Shown: piece by piece, positions 10,997 to 24,312 of the stretch
How positions within the stretch are numbered: the stretch's first letter is position 1
How the letters are laid out: each line of letters opens with the position of its first letter
Source: Cyanophora paradoxa CCMP329
Taxonomy: Eukaryota; Plantae; Glaucophyta
Assembly: GCA_004431415.1 (NCBI GenBank)
Contig: QPMI01000560.1
Span: 372,001-436,000, forward strand
Length of the DNA stretch: 64,000 nt
Reading direction: 5' to 3'
Made by a program: the position numbers and the translations under genes
The notes under the pieces: model-generated
Told to the model about the DNA's origin: nothing
The model's input: the letters and a program-made list of their open reading frames with translations, nothing else
Database searches by the model: none

Positions 10997-11100
10997 CGGG
11001 CTGACCGACAAGCTGCTGGAGAATCGGTACCCCGCAAAGCTGAGCGCAAGTCAGAGCGATCGTGCGAGCGATCGACCGAGCTAGCGTTGCGGTCGACGGC

Positions 11101-14100
11101 ATGAGCGCGATGCTCCGGCTGTGCGCGACGCCGCGCGCGGCCGGCGGTCGGCTCTTGCGCCAGGCGGCGGCCTCGCTGCCGGCGGTGCGTCGCTGCAAAA
11201 CGATCGCTGTATGCTGCGCGCCTGATCGCCTCGCCGCGCAGGTCGATGGGGGCGCGGGCCCGTCGGCAGCGGCGGAGCGGTTCGGCAGGGCAGCGGCCAG
11301 CAGCGCAGCGTCGGCGACGGCGCGCCGCGGCAGAGAAGCGCCCCAGGCGCATGCGGCCGGGTGGAGGAGAGACCGCCTCTGGTCGCTGGCGCTCCCCGCA
11401 GCGTTCTCGACGACGGCGGCGGCGCGGGGGGCGGAGGGCGCGGACGGCGCGCCCCGCATGTCCGATTACCCGCCGGAGAGGATACGGAACTTCTGCATCA
11501 TCGCCCACATCGACCACGGGAAGAGCACGCTCTCCGACCGGCTGCTGGAGGCCCGCCCCGCCCCGCCCCGCCTCGGCGGGCCCGCCTGAGCGGGAGCGGG
11601 GCGCCCGGGGGCGCGTGCGCAGGTGACGGGGACGCTGGCGCGGCTGCAGAAGCACGAGGCGCAGTACCTGGACAAGCTGCAGGTGGAGAAGGAGCGGGGG
11701 ATCACGGTGAAGGCGGCGGCGGCGGCGATGCGGCACGGGCACGAGGGGGCGGAGTACCTGCTGAACCTGATCGACACGCCGGGGCACGTGGACTTCCAGT
11801 ACGAAGTCTCCCGCTCCATCGCCGCCTGCCAGGGCGCAGTCCTCCTCGTCGACGCCGTCCAGGCCCGCACCCGCCCCCGGGCCCGCCCGCCCGGCCCCCA
11901 CTCCCCTTTTTGAGCTTGGCGTGCAGGGGGTGCAGGCGCAGACGGTGGCGAACTACCTGCTGGCCCGCGAGGCCGGCCTCCGCGTCGTCCCCGTCATCAA
12001 CAAGGCGCCCGCCCCGTCCCGCCCCGCCCCGCCCGCGCCGGCCCCCCTCCCGTCGCTCAGAGTCGCGCAGGTGGACCAGGACCACGCGGACCCGGCGCGG
12101 GTGCTGCAGCAGATGACCGCCGCCTTCCCCGCCATTGACCCCGCCGAGGTCGACCCCGCCCCCGCCCCTTCTAGATCCTGGAGGGGGGGGCGGGGCGCTC
12201 CCGCGGGGGGCGACCCCAGATCCACATCCTAGATCCTAGATCTAGATCCTCCTAGGGACTCCCGCGATCCGGCGGCCTCAAGCGCCGCACGGCAGGTCAT
12301 CCTCGCCTCGGGCAAGACGGGCTTCGGGGTGGACGAGCTCCTCGCCGCCATCGTCCGCCTCGTGCCCCCGTGCGCCCTGCGCCTCCCGCCTCGCCCCGCC
12401 CCGCGGCTTCTTCCTTGCGGGCCCTCTTCTCCTAGTGTAATCAAACAGGGCCGTGCGGGGCCGCCTCCTCCTAGCCCAACGCCCCCCCCCGCAGGCCCGG
12501 GGGCGAGGTGGCGGGGCCGGCGCGGGCGCTCCTCTTCGACTCGTGGTTCGACGCCTACCGCGGCGTCGTCTGCCTCGTCAGCCTCAAGGACGGCTCCCTC
12601 CGCAAGGGCGACAAGCTCGCGACGGTGCACGGCGGCCGCACCTACGAGGTGCACATCCTCACCTTCTTAGACTATCTTTGGTTTCTTGAAAGAGCTGGGT
12701 GAATTTACGCATTTCGTAGGCGCTCGACGTCGGCATCCTCCACCCCGAGACCCTCTCCACCGGCGAGCTGTGCGCCCGTCTTCCCCTGTACCCCCCGCCC
12801 GTGATCCCGTACCCCCCTGAGCCCGGGGCAGGCACACGGGGCAGGTGGGGTACCTGGTGATGAACATGCGGTCGAGCCGGGAAGCCCAGATCGGGGACAC
12901 CGTCGTCCCCGCCGGCCTCCAGAAGACCCTCGAGCCCCTCCCCGTGCGCCCGTACCCCCCCCCAAAAAAAAAAGATGCGTACCCCTCTAATCTCCCCCCC
13001 CCGCCCCCCCCCCCAGGGCTTCAAGGCGGCGAAGTCGATGGTGTTCTCGGGGCTGTACCCGGTGGACCAGGCGGACTTCGAGCAGCTGCGGGAGGCGGTG
13101 GAGCGGCTCTGCCTGACGGACGCGAGCGTGTCGGTGGCGAAGGAGAGCAGCCACAGCCTGGGGCAGGGCTTCCGCTGCGGCTTCCTCGGCCTCCTCCACA
13201 TGGAGGTCTTCTTCCAGCGCCTCGACCAGGCCCGCCCGTACCCCCTCCCCCTTCTCCCCCCCTACATTTGATCGCTTCGTGCGCAGGAGTACGACGCGCA
13301 GGTGCTGGGGACGGCGCCGACGGTGCCCTACCGCGTCCTCTTCAAGAACGGCAAGGTCGAGACCTGCCAGGTCCGTCCGCCCGGGCGCCGGCCCGGAGGG
13401 GACTGGGCCCCGCCCGCTCTCCGCCGCCCCTCTACCCCCCACGCCCTCGCCAGAACGCGGCGGCGTTCCCCGAGCGGGACGTGGTGGAGGAGTACCAGGA
13501 GCCGGTGGTGCGGGCGACGGTCATCTGCCCCGCCGAGCACCTCGGGCCCGCCCTCAAGCTCCTCCAGGCCCGCCCCGCCTCGGGCCCCAGGCCCCCTTGC
13601 CGCCCTTCTCACCGCCCCCCCGCAGGAGCGGCGCGGGGAGCAGGAGGAGCTGACGTACATGGAGGGGCGCGTGCTCCTCAAGTACATCCTGCCCCTCAAC
13701 GAGATCCTCGTGGACTTCTACGACGAGCTCAAGGCCCTCACCAGCGGCTACGCCAGCTTCGACTACGAGGAGGCAGGCTACAAGAAGGCCGACGTCGGTC
13801 CGCCGCGCCGCCCGCCCCCTCTGGACCCCTGCCTGACGCCCAGGCCTCCGCCCCCGCCCCGGCCCGGCAGTGAAGGTGACGGTGTCGGTGAACCAGGCGC
13901 CGGTGGACGCGCTGGCCTTCGTGTGCCACCGCGAGAAGGCCCAGCAGCTCGGCCGCGCCGTCTGCCAGCGCCTCAAGGAGCACCTCGACCGCCAGGCCCG
14001 CCCCGCCTGCCCCCCCCGCCCCCCCGCCTTCCTGGCGCGGTGACGGGGGCGGGGCGGGGCGGGGCAGGTGTACGAGGTGAACGTGCAGGCGGCGGTCGGC

Positions 14101-14363
14101 TCGCGCGTGCTCGCCTCGGAGCGCCTCTCCGCCCTCCGCAAGAACGTCACCGCCAAGTGCTACGGCGGCGACATCTCCCGCAAGAGTGCGCCGCGCGCCC
14201 GGCTCCCCTCCCCTCCGCCCTCCCCTCCGCCCTCTTCTCAGCCGCTCGGGCAGAGAAGCTGCTGGAGAAGCAGAAGGAGGGGAAGAAGAAGCTGAAGGCG
14301 CTCTCCATCGGGAACGTCACCATCTCCCACGAGGCCTTCCTCGCCGTCCTCAAGGCAAGGTAG
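11101..14363 (+). CDS. GUF1: Translation factor GUF1 / EF-4 (LepA), probably mitochondrial; 14 introns
   Basis: [99 protein letters not shown]; Arg/Ala-rich presequence. Confidence 0.97.
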
Positions 14364-14891
14364 CACCGGGCACCCGCCCCGGCCGGCGCCCCCTCGGCCC
14401 TCCGAGTCTTCGTCCACGTCCACTCTACCCTCTACGTAAACCCTCCCTCTCCCCTCCCCCGTCGGGCCCCTTCCCACTGGGCCACAGGCCTCCCGCCCTC
14501 CTCTCCAAATTCTCTCACGTGCAACTACTCATGATGCTTGTGCAATTGCAAAAACTTGTCGTAATAGCACAGTCGGCTACTCATGATCAGGTACTGCTGT
14601 ACCACGAATTTTAAATAGCTTTAAATAGAGAGATTTCGCTTTTAATTAAAGTATCCCTCTTTTTCGCGAAAAAGCTCGCTGGAAAGGCGAAGCGCGAAAA
14701 AAGCAAGGTGTGCAAAAGCGGGAAGCCATCAAGCGATCGAAAGGAATTTTGCGAAGCGCAGAAATATCGATATCGCTCATTCCAATCCGCCCGGTCCGGA
14801 TCATGCTCAGGTCCGGTCAGAATTATTGAGCTCTCGCGTGCACTCACTCGCTCGCTGGCTCATGATTATCGACGAGCGCAGCGTTGTGGCC

Positions 14892-16062
14892 ATGGAGCCG
14901 CAGTCGAAGCGCGCGAGGACGGACGCCGCGGCGGCCGCCAGCCCATCGGAGAACTCCGCGCAGCAAGCGCGATTATCCGACGGCAGCCCTCGGCCGATAG
15001 ACGCGCTGCCGAACGCGCTGCTTGAACGCATCTTCCGTGAGCACCTCGGCGTGGCCGAGGCTTGGCGGACGGCGCACCTGACGTGCCGCAAGTGGCGGCA
15101 GCTGGCGGAAGAGATCGAATGGTGCGAGCTGAAGGCGCGGGGGACGCGGCCGGCGGCGTTCGAGGCGCTGGAGACGGTCGTGCGGGGCGGGCGGCTGCGG
15201 CTTCTCGGCGGCGCGGCGGGGCGGCGGACGTTGACCTTGAGATCAAATATCGGGGCCTCTCCATCAGAGGCCCCGATGTCGACTCACCGCTCAGCACAGG
15301 CGGCGAGGAGCTGCTCGCGGAGGTGGAGGTCAACGCGCTCGGGCGCGCGGCGTGCGACGCTCTGCGGGCGTGCGCGGAGGCGGCGGGGCCCGGGGGGGCT
15401 CCGGCACGTCGGCGTCGGCTACGATTTCGCGGCGCTGGTTCTCGTACGTGTGATCGTCCTTCCGCGCTTCGAGCGTGAAGGTGATCACCTTCTCGCCGCG
15501 ATCGGCCGTCTGATCGCCTCCCCGAATTCGTGGCGGTCGCGCACGGCCTCGCGGACGCCCTCGAGCGCTCCAGCAGCCCCCGCCACCCGAGACCTCTTGT
15601 TCCGTGCGCGTGCGCGAATCATGGTCACTCCCAAGCACGTGTTTAGCGTTAAATCGCAAATTCTTTTAAGTTGAATATTTGCAAAAGTGCTGATCATGAG
15701 CTGGCGCCGGCTGCAGTCAGGTGCACCCACGCGGACACCTGGCAATGGGACGAAGACTGGGAGCTGTATCAAGCAGCTGTTCGGCGCCTTCTGGCCGCCG
15801 CCGCGCCCGTCCTCCGCTCCGCAACCGTCGTCTACGAAGAGAGCTTCTGGCAGATCGGCGATCGCGACGTCGATGTCGTGCGGGCCAGGCGGGCGCGCCT
15901 GCGGGAGTGCCTGCGGGCCGCGGGCCCCCTCGGGGAGGAGATCGCAGGGCCGGTCGACCACGGCCCGCAAGTCCGCTGGCGCCGCGCGGAGAGCGCGGCC
16001 CTCAGTGCCTCACCTCGCTGATCACGATCACGAGGGGCCCGGGCCTCGATCGCGAGCTCTAG
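14892..16062 (+). CDS. F-box protein, apparently frameshifted (pseudogene or sequencing error); 3' end uncertain
   Basis: PIDALPNALLERIFREHLGVAEAWRTAHLTCRKWRQL (F-box). Coding-like sequence changes frame near 15220 and later. Confidence 0.55.
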
Positions 16063-16558
16063 ATCATCGGATCTTGCAATTGTACATGTACTCTGTAGCC
16101 GCTGAGCTACCGCGAAATTCAATGATTGTGTACTGCGACTCGATCGATATCATGATCAATATCATGAAGCTTGTTTTGTGCACACACCGGCACCTTCGTT
16201 TTCGCGCCGAGCCCCCTCCGATCCCCGACCATGCAATGAGGATCATGAGCTGTGCCACGGTGAGTACTTTGTACTGGTAAATTCGCCCTGTAAAGAGACA
16301 AGAAATGCCGTGCAAGGGACGTATGCGAAAAGCAACAGGCAGCGAAAGGAACAGGTAACCGGGCCTGCGGCAGAGGGAAAGGGCGTCACTACGCCGGACT
16401 AGGCCGGGGGCATCTAATTCTCGAACTACGGGAAATCGAAAAACATGGCGGCCGGCGGCGGGTTCGCCGTGCCGGGCAAGAGATAAAAAGGCGCGCGCGC
16501 AGAAAGAGACGAAAGGGGAGCCGGTGGGGCCCGGCCCCACGGGGAGCGGCCCGGGCCC

Positions 16559-19500
16559 TCAGATCTGGACGCTCCCCGGGCGGATGCGGGACGGGGAGGC
16601 GGCGCTCGGGGGCGGCGCCTCGCTGGGGGCGGCGTCCGTGAGGGACGGGAGCGAGCTGCGGCGGGGCGAGTCGAGGGTGCGGCTGCGCGGCAGGCGCGTC
16701 GCCGCCACCGCCGCCGCCGCGTGGCGCTGCTCGCGGTCGGCCGCCGCCTCCTCCTCCTCCTCTTCGCCCCCGCCGAGAGAGGCCTGCGGGGCGCCGGCGG
16801 GCCGCGGGCTCCGGCTGCGCGCCGGGTCCGCCCGGGGCTCAGGCTCCGGGGCCCCAGGGAGGAGCCCGGGCTCCCCGAGCGGCTGTCGCTCACGGAGCGG
16901 CTGTTGTTGGCGCGGAGGCCGCGGCCGCGGCGCGGGTCGGCGGGGCGGCGCGGGGCCGAGCTCGGGGTGCGCGAGCCGGAGCGGGAGGTGGGCGAGGGCG
17001 ACGGGGAGCGCGAGGTGCGGAGGTCCTCCAGCGTGCTGAAGCTCGAAGGGCGCGTGAACGAGGGGCGCCGGCTCCACGGCTCCGGCACGCCCAGCGCCTC
17101 CCGGTCCCCGTCCAGCACGAGCGGCGGCGGCGTGCCCCGCGGCGACTCCTCCTCGATCGAGATCGCCGGGAGGAAGCCGCCGGGGCGGGGCCCCCCGTAC
17201 GGCGACCGCTTCAGCACGTCGAACGAGCGCGGCGGGCGGCGCGGGCCCAGCCCCGGCGAGCGGCCGGCGGGGGCGCCCCCGGGCGAGGCGTTGAGGGCGA
17301 GGCCGATGCGGGGCGCCGGCTCGGGCTCGGGCTCCGGGGCCGGGGCGGGGTCCGGGGCGGCGGGGGCGGCGGGGAGGGCCTCGAGGACGCCGGCGCCCTC
17401 CTGGAGCTTCTCGAGCATGGAGATGAGGGTGAAGAGCGGCCGCTCCTGCATCGTCACCATCTTCAGCAGCGTCGAGCGCAGCTCCTCCGCGTCCATCTGG
17501 TCCAGCGCCCGCTTCAGCTCCCGGTAGTCCAGCACCTCGTCCGGCTGCGGGGGACGACGTCAGTGGGGGGGAGGGGGCCGGGAGGGGGCCGGGAGGGGTC
17601 GGGCGCGGGGCGGGGCGGGCCTTGGAGAAGCAGTGGAGGAGGGCGGCGACCTTGTGGGCGCAGTCCAGGTCCCTCGAGCGCCGCGCCGCCGGCGTGCACG
17701 CGCACCGGCAGTCCGCGAACAGCGGCGGGCTGAACGCGATGTGCACGGGGTCCGGCAGCGAGCTGAACTCGGCCCGCAGGCTCGAGTGGAACCAGAGGAC
17801 GGAGACGGTCGCCGTGTCGAGCAGCTCCGAGGCGGCGGGGATGAGCGCCTCGTCGACGGCCATGTGCAGTACCGTGTCCGGCGTGATGCCCCGCTGCACG
17901 AGGAACGCCACCAGCGGGTGCGAGAGCTTGCCCCCCATCTGCGCCCCCCGGCGGCCGCGTCAGGCGGGGCGGGGCGAAGAAGAAGAGGAAGCAGCGAGCT
18001 CGAGGGGCGGGCCTCGTCCGCGATCTCGTCGACGATCTCGCGGGCGCGCTCGCTGGCGGCGTCGCGCTCGTACTCGACCTCCTCCTCGGCCTCCTCGCAG
18101 ACCGGCTCGCCGCCGGCCGCCACCGCCGAGCGGTACCCCGCCGCCTGCGCCGCCGCCGCGAAGAGCCGCAGCTCCTTCGGGTCGAACCGCCCCGACGCCG
18201 TCTGCTCCGGCGCCTCCGGGGGCGTCTGCGGCGCCCCGGCGGGGCCCGGCACGTCGAGCGAGTGGGACGGGGCGTGGGAGGAGGAGGCGGAGGCGGCGGC
18301 GGGGAGGGCGGCGTGGAGGAAGGCGAAGGGGGAGGGCCCCGCGTGGCGCGCGACGGGGCTCGGCGGCTGCAGCGCCAGCAGCGGCGTCGGCACGGCCGCC
18401 GAGGGCGGCGCGGCGTTGAGGAAGGAGAGGAGGCCGGCGGCCGGGGAGGAGGAGGCGGCGGCGGAGGCGGCGGCGGCGAGGGAGGCGAGGTGGTCAGGGG
18501 CGAGGGAGGACTTGCGGGAGGAGACGGGGGAGCCCGAGGAGAGCGAGTTCTTCCGCGACGAGACCGCCGCCATCGCCTGCCCCAGGTGAGGCGGGGGCCC
18601 CCGGGCGAGGGCGGGGGCGGGGCGGGCGGGGGCGGGGCACCATCGCCTCGGCGACGGCGGCCTCCTCGGCGTTCACCGGGGTCCCCAGGCACCCCCGCGG
18701 CCCACTGCCCTCCCCCTCAGCGGGGCGGCGGGGCGGGGGCGGGGGCTGGGGCGGGGGCGGGGCGGGGCGGGGCGCACTGGAGCCGCGGCGGCGGCGGGAG
18801 GCCGTTGGCGGGGCGGAGCTGGCCCCCGAGATGCCCTCCTGCGGCGACGAGTCGCCTGCGGGAGCGCGGGGGCGGGGGACGGTGAGGCGCGGCAGGGGCG
18901 GGCGGCGGGCGGCGGGGCGGGGCGCACGGAAGAAGGAGCGCCCCGGGGCGTGGGCGGAGGTGCAGGGGGAGGGCAGGAGGGCGGCGGCGCCCTGCTCGGC
19001 CTCGAGGGCGGCGAGGGCGGCCGCCAGCACGGGGTCGTTCATCATCGCCGCCAGGTCCTGCGGGCCCACCCCCGCCCCCAGCGTCCCCAGGCCCCCCGTC
19101 GGCGTCGGCGCCGGCGAACCCGCCGCCGCTGAGTTCGTCCGCACTGAGCGCGGTCAGGCAAGAGGCGCCTCAAGGGCGGGGCGCGGGGGCGGGGCGCGGG
19201 GGCGGGGGCGGGGGCGCACGGGAGCCGCGGCGGCGGCGGAAGGAGGTGTTGGGGGAGGCGCTGGGCGAGCGGGAGGCCTCCGAGGAGGACTGCGCGCTGA
19301 GCTCGTGCGGGACGGCGAGGCCCAGGCTCGCGGCCATGCCGCCCAGCCCGCCGCTCGCCGCCCGCATCCCCGCCTGCACCGTCCCCGCCAGGCCCGGGCC
19401 CCCGTGGTGGAGCGCGTCCGGGGAGCTCCCCGACGAGGCCGAGGCGGAGTTGAACGCCGCCAGGGCCGCGGCCGCCGCCGCCACCTCGTCCGGCCCCGCC

Positions 19501-19987
19501 GACCCCCGCGACACTGCGGCAGCGGTCGGGCGGTTGCGCGACGGCTGTCGGGCGCGGTGTCGGCGGCGCGCACGCGATCCTCGACGACGGCGCGTTGTGT
19601 TGGGGGAGGGAGTCGGGATGGCCGCCGGGATCCCTCGCGGGCTTGTCGACGGCGACGAGTCCACGCGGACCAGCAGACCGGAGTCGCCTCCCGGCACAGC
19701 CAGGTGTATAGCCGGATCGCTACCGCCGTTTGGTTGCGAATCACCGGCCTCTATCGCTCGCGATACTGCGAGGCAGTTCACGCGTGGTCTGGCATCGCGC
19801 GTTAGCCGCACGCACGGGAGCCGCGTCTGCGCCGCAGGGGCTGAGGGGTTTTTGCCGCCTCGGGTGGCTTAGAGGCTTCCTGTGCATCGGAGGCCGATCC
19901 ATCTGCAGAGAGGCACGCGGTCAAGCCGTCGTCGACAATGATCTCGGCGATCTGGCCCGCAGGGCGAAACGCCGCACCTGCATTCAT
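16559..19987 (-). CDS. SWIM zinc-finger protein with long Ser/Pro/Ala low-complexity regions, multi-exon
   Basis: CRCAC...DLDCAHKVAALLH (CxC...CxH) followed by a helical segment LDYRELKRALDQMDAEELRSTLLKM. Confidence 0.65.
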
Positions 19988-21133
19988 CGCACAAACTCTA
20001 CAGCTCGCTTGCTTGCGAGCGTGCGAGGTGGAAACCGCCAGAGGCGGTGCGGGATTGATGCCGGCCGCTGCGGATCCCTAGACTGTCACTAAAGTTTCGT
20101 CAGAGATTTTCGTCGCCTTTCACTCGTGCCAGCGTCGGCCGGGACAGCTGCCTTTCGCGGAGCGCGCCTTCTTCGTGGCGCGAGGGGGGTACGTCATCCG
20201 ACGTTGGGGCTTCGATCGCTTCGAGTGCCAGTGGTTCGAGCTCCGAGATCCGGGCTGGGAGCCGCCGCCCGGCTGCAGCCGCGCGCTTCGCCGAGCACGC
20301 GCAGCAGCAGGATGCCAGCAGCACCAGCGCTAGCGTGCGCGCTTGGATCGCGCAAGCAATTGCAACGCTAACGCCCAGCTGCAGCGAGCCGAACTCAGCA
20401 CTTCGGTAAGAGAGGGGAAAAGTTCCCCGGCTCGCGTAACGGCAAAAAGCATGCGCACTGAGCGCGGATGAGTAGGCATTTTCGCGCGTTCATTATGGTC
20501 GCCAGCGGCGGCCCAGCGCATCGATCATCATGAGCATGCGCGCGCAATCGTAAATCGCGATCGATCGATATCGCCGCGGCGCTTGCGCTGATGATGCGCA
20601 TGCTCGGCGGCGGCGCGTGGGCGGCGTGGCCATGGGCGGCGTGGCGCCGGCAATGCCAAGTTGCGCATGCTAACGCATGATGAGCGCTGGGAGCGGGGCC
20701 CCGACCCGCCATCGGTTCCGACCGGTGCCGGCCCGGCGGCGCCGCGCATTGCGCGCATAGGTTTCGATCTCGAGCTTCGGTATTCGATTTCGATTTTCGA
20801 CGTCGCTTGCCTATCTGACTGAGCCCTTACGATTCGACCGGCGGCCCACTGCTAGCCAAACAGCTACTACGGCTAGTCCATATGTCGTTGGTCGTGTCTG
20901 AAATGCACGCATGCACCAACTTTGGCAAGCTAGACGCGCAGGTCTCATGAAATCGATCAGCCAGCGGAACATACATAGGTGGCATCGGTGCAAATACAGC
21001 TAGCTATAGCGCTGTGCGAATCATGGTTTCCTTGAATTCGACGAGCCTTGAAGGTGCGTACGTACATGCACAAGAAATTCCTATGTTCGAGGGGAAATCG
21101 CGATTTCTTACAAGAGTTTCCACTCGGAGGCAT

Positions 21134-23226
21134 CTAGAGGCCCAGGCAGAGCCTCGTGAGCTCCTCCAGCTCGTCCTCGTCCGCCTCCGCCCCGCCCTCC
21201 GCCTCCGCCGGTTGTGCATGCGCCTGCGCCTGCTTCTGCTCGGCTGCCGGAAAGGCGCGCGCTGCCGGCGGCGGAGCAGAACGCTGACTCTGTGTCGCCT
21301 GCAACTGACGAGGAGCGAGCTGCACGGGGGGCGGTTCCCCCCCCGCGCCCGCCGCCGATCTCCCGTTCGCGTCGTCAGGCTGCGGCCGGGACTGCGGCGC
21401 CGGGGCCGGTGCGGATGCTGGCGGGAAGGGCGCCGGCTGGGCTTGGGGCGCGTGGCCGCCGGCCGCGGGCCCGTCGCCGAAGAGCTCGGCCAAGCGGGCG
21501 CGACGGGCCTCCTCCCGGCGGGCCTCCCGCAGGCTCTCCTCCAGCGCCCGCCGCAGCTCCGCCTCCTCCGCCTCCTCCGCCGACGCCGGTCGCGCTGCGG
21601 GGCCGACGGCTTGCGCGAAGGTGTGCGGGGCCCGCTGAGGCGCCGGAGAGGGCGCGGCGGCGGGCGCCACGGGCTGCGGCCGTGCTGCGGCCGGCCGGGA
21701 TGCGGCCTGGGGCGTCGACGTCGCGGCCGGGGGAGATCCCTGGCCGCGCGGGGGCGTTGGCGGCTGCGCACGAGGCGCCACGCCCGCCCGGCGCGGCGGA
21801 GCGGCCAGAGCAGCGGGGGGCCCCTGCGGGTGCCCTCCGCAGCTCTTTCCACCGTTGCCCCCCGCAGAGAGGAGCTGCGCGCTGCGGCGGGGGTTGTCGG
21901 CGGGGCGGCCGGCGGCGGGGGCGGGGGCCTGGCGGATGCGCACGCGAGCTCCTCCTCGGGCTCAGCCTCGAGCCGCGCCGCCTCCGCCGCCGCCGCCGCC
22001 CGGCGCTCCTCATCCTCCCTCCGCGCCGCCGCCTGCGCGCGCGGGGGCGGGGCGGGTGAGTGGGCGAAGCGGGGGCGGAGGCGGCGGGCGGCAGGGCGGA
22101 CGACGGCGGCGGCGAGCTCCTCGTCGAGGGAGCCGGCCTCCGAGGGGCTCGACCCCAGCGAGGGCCCCGGCGAGGCGGAGGAGGCCGAGGCCGAGGAGGA
22201 GCCGGCCCCCGCCGCCTCCCGCTCCGCCGCCGCCAGAAAGCTGCGCACGCCGCGGGGCCGATCAGGGCCAGCGGCGGGTGGATTGCTAGCTACGAGCTGG
22301 GCCGGCGCGCCTCTCCTCGAGGGCCTGGTAGTAGGCCTCCCACTCCTTGCGGACGCGCTCCTCCTCCTGGCGCAGGCGCTCCTCCTCCTCCAGCCGGCTC
22401 CGCGCCTCCGCCGCCCGCGCCCGCTGGTTGTACGCCGCCCCCGACATCCCCGGCGGCCGCAGCAGCCTGCGAAGCGTGAGCCCGAAGCGCCTGCGGAGCG
22501 CAAGCGGCGCCGGCGCACGGGTTGGGGGGCTCCTGGTAGAGCAGCGCCGGCCACTCCTCCGGCCTCTGCCCGGGCGGCTCCGGCACCGGCGCCTCCTCCG
22601 CCGCATGCGCCTCCTCCGGCTCCTCCTCCGCCGCCGCCCGCCTCCCCCGCCGCTTGCTCTTCTTCTTGCTCGCAGCCGGCGGCGTCGGCGGCGCGGCCGC
22701 CGCGCGCCCGTCCTCCGCGTGTCCCTTCGGCTTGCGGGCGACCACCTGAGCGCGCCGGTCAGCGTCTGCGCGGGGACGGGCGCTGGTGGCCGGGGCGGCC
22801 CACCTGCCAGCCGTCGTCCTCCGCCGCGGCCGCCGCGTCGCCGCCGCTCTCCGAGCCGTGCGCCTCGCCCGCGTCGCTCAGGGGCGCGCTCGGGGCGGCC
22901 TCCGGCTCGGCGGGCGGCTCCGGGGCCGGGGGAGGCTCCGGCTTGGATACAGCCCACGCTGCCAGCGGGGGCTCTCGCGGCACCCAGGGGTTCCGCGCCG
23001 GCGGCGGTGCCGGTCTCGGCGCCGCCGCGGCGGCTGGCGCCGGGCGAGCGGCCACCGGCTGCGCGGCCCGAGACGCGGGCGGTGGCGCCTTGTCCCATGC
23101 TGTCGCTGCTGCGGGCTTGGATGGAGGCGCCGACGCTGCGGGCTTGGGCGGCGGCGCTGCGGCCTTCGCTGCGGGGGCCGCCGCCTTCGCCCCTGCGCCG
23201 GCGCCGGCCGCGCTGCAGCCGCAGCC

Positions 23227-23263
<37 letters not shown>

Positions 23264-23989
23264 GCTGGGCCTGGGGCGGCGGGCGGGGCGCGGGGACCGG
23301 CACGGGGGCCGGCGCCGGCTTCTTGGGCTTGAGGGATGTGAAGAGGCCGTCCTGGAGGATGCGCACGCGCGCCGTCGGCTCCCCTTTGCTCTCCTTCAGC
23401 CGCTTCATCGCCGCGTCCACGATCTCGCGGATGTCGCCGTTGTCGTGGTACTCTTTTTTGAACGCCTTGAGCGCGTCCACGATCAGGCGCTGCATCGAGG
23501 GCCCTCCCGAGCGGTTCGTGTGAGAGTTCGCTTTTCTAAAGAGCTGCGCCGCGCCGCGTCAACAAGGAGCGTGTAATCGAGTGCGAAGGCCAGAGAGAAG
23601 GGCACCGTGTGCCCGAAGAGGCCCGCTTCTTTAGCGAGGATCTGGTGCGGCAGCGGCGGCGCCATTCGCGGTTAGAGCATTCGCGGGCTAGATCTTCTTT
23701 GCGAACACGCACCTTGACGATCTTGTGTAACGAAGCATTGCCTTTCTGCACAGCCTCCACCTCCACCTGCACTGTGCTGTCATGACATGGGGCTACGCGC
23801 GCGCTCGTTTGCCTCTCCGCGGCGCCCGGAAAGCGCACTAAGTAAGCGTAGCACACATCGAGGAAGGCGTCCGACTCCTCCACATTCTCCTCGCTTTGCT
23901 CGGCCTCGACTACCTGCGGCAGCGGTCACGCTCGCCTGGCGCGTACGTAGGGCGGATACCTTCGTTTTCTGCTTGTCGGGCTTTCCCAT
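21134..23989 (-). CDS. Hypothetical protein with globular N-terminus, coiled coil and UIM-like motif(s)
   Basis: Spliceable exons from MGKPDKQKTK; EEAELRRALEESLRE fits a ubiquitin-interacting motif; ends EDELEELTRLCLGL*. Confidence 0.6.
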
Positions 23990-24312
23990 CGCTCGTGGGA
24001 TGTGCAGAGTGGGATCGCTCGCCTTGAGGCCTAGAGTCGGATCGCCTCCCGCCTAGAGTCGGATCGGCGTCGAGCAGCCGACCAGCAGCGATCTTAATGT
24101 GCGACCGATACTGATACGAATGCGCCAGATGCCAAAGCGGCTGAGGTTCGCTTGCTTGTTTGCCCTGTACCCGGGTAGCCAGAGTTGTCTGAGTTGGAAG
24201 TCGAGAATGCGAGAAGCAAGCGCGTGTTAAGCTTTCCGAGCGTGGAATGTGCAGCAAGGCGACCGTACAAAGCTAGGCCATCGAAACGCGCTCGACTGAC
24301 GTTATCGATACG

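Noticed and set aside
21014-23332. 772-aa plus-strand ORF and many other long Arg/Gly/Ala/Pro-rich ORFs
   Set aside because: Shadow frames of real spliced genes in very GC-rich DNA where stop codons are rare; no motifs.
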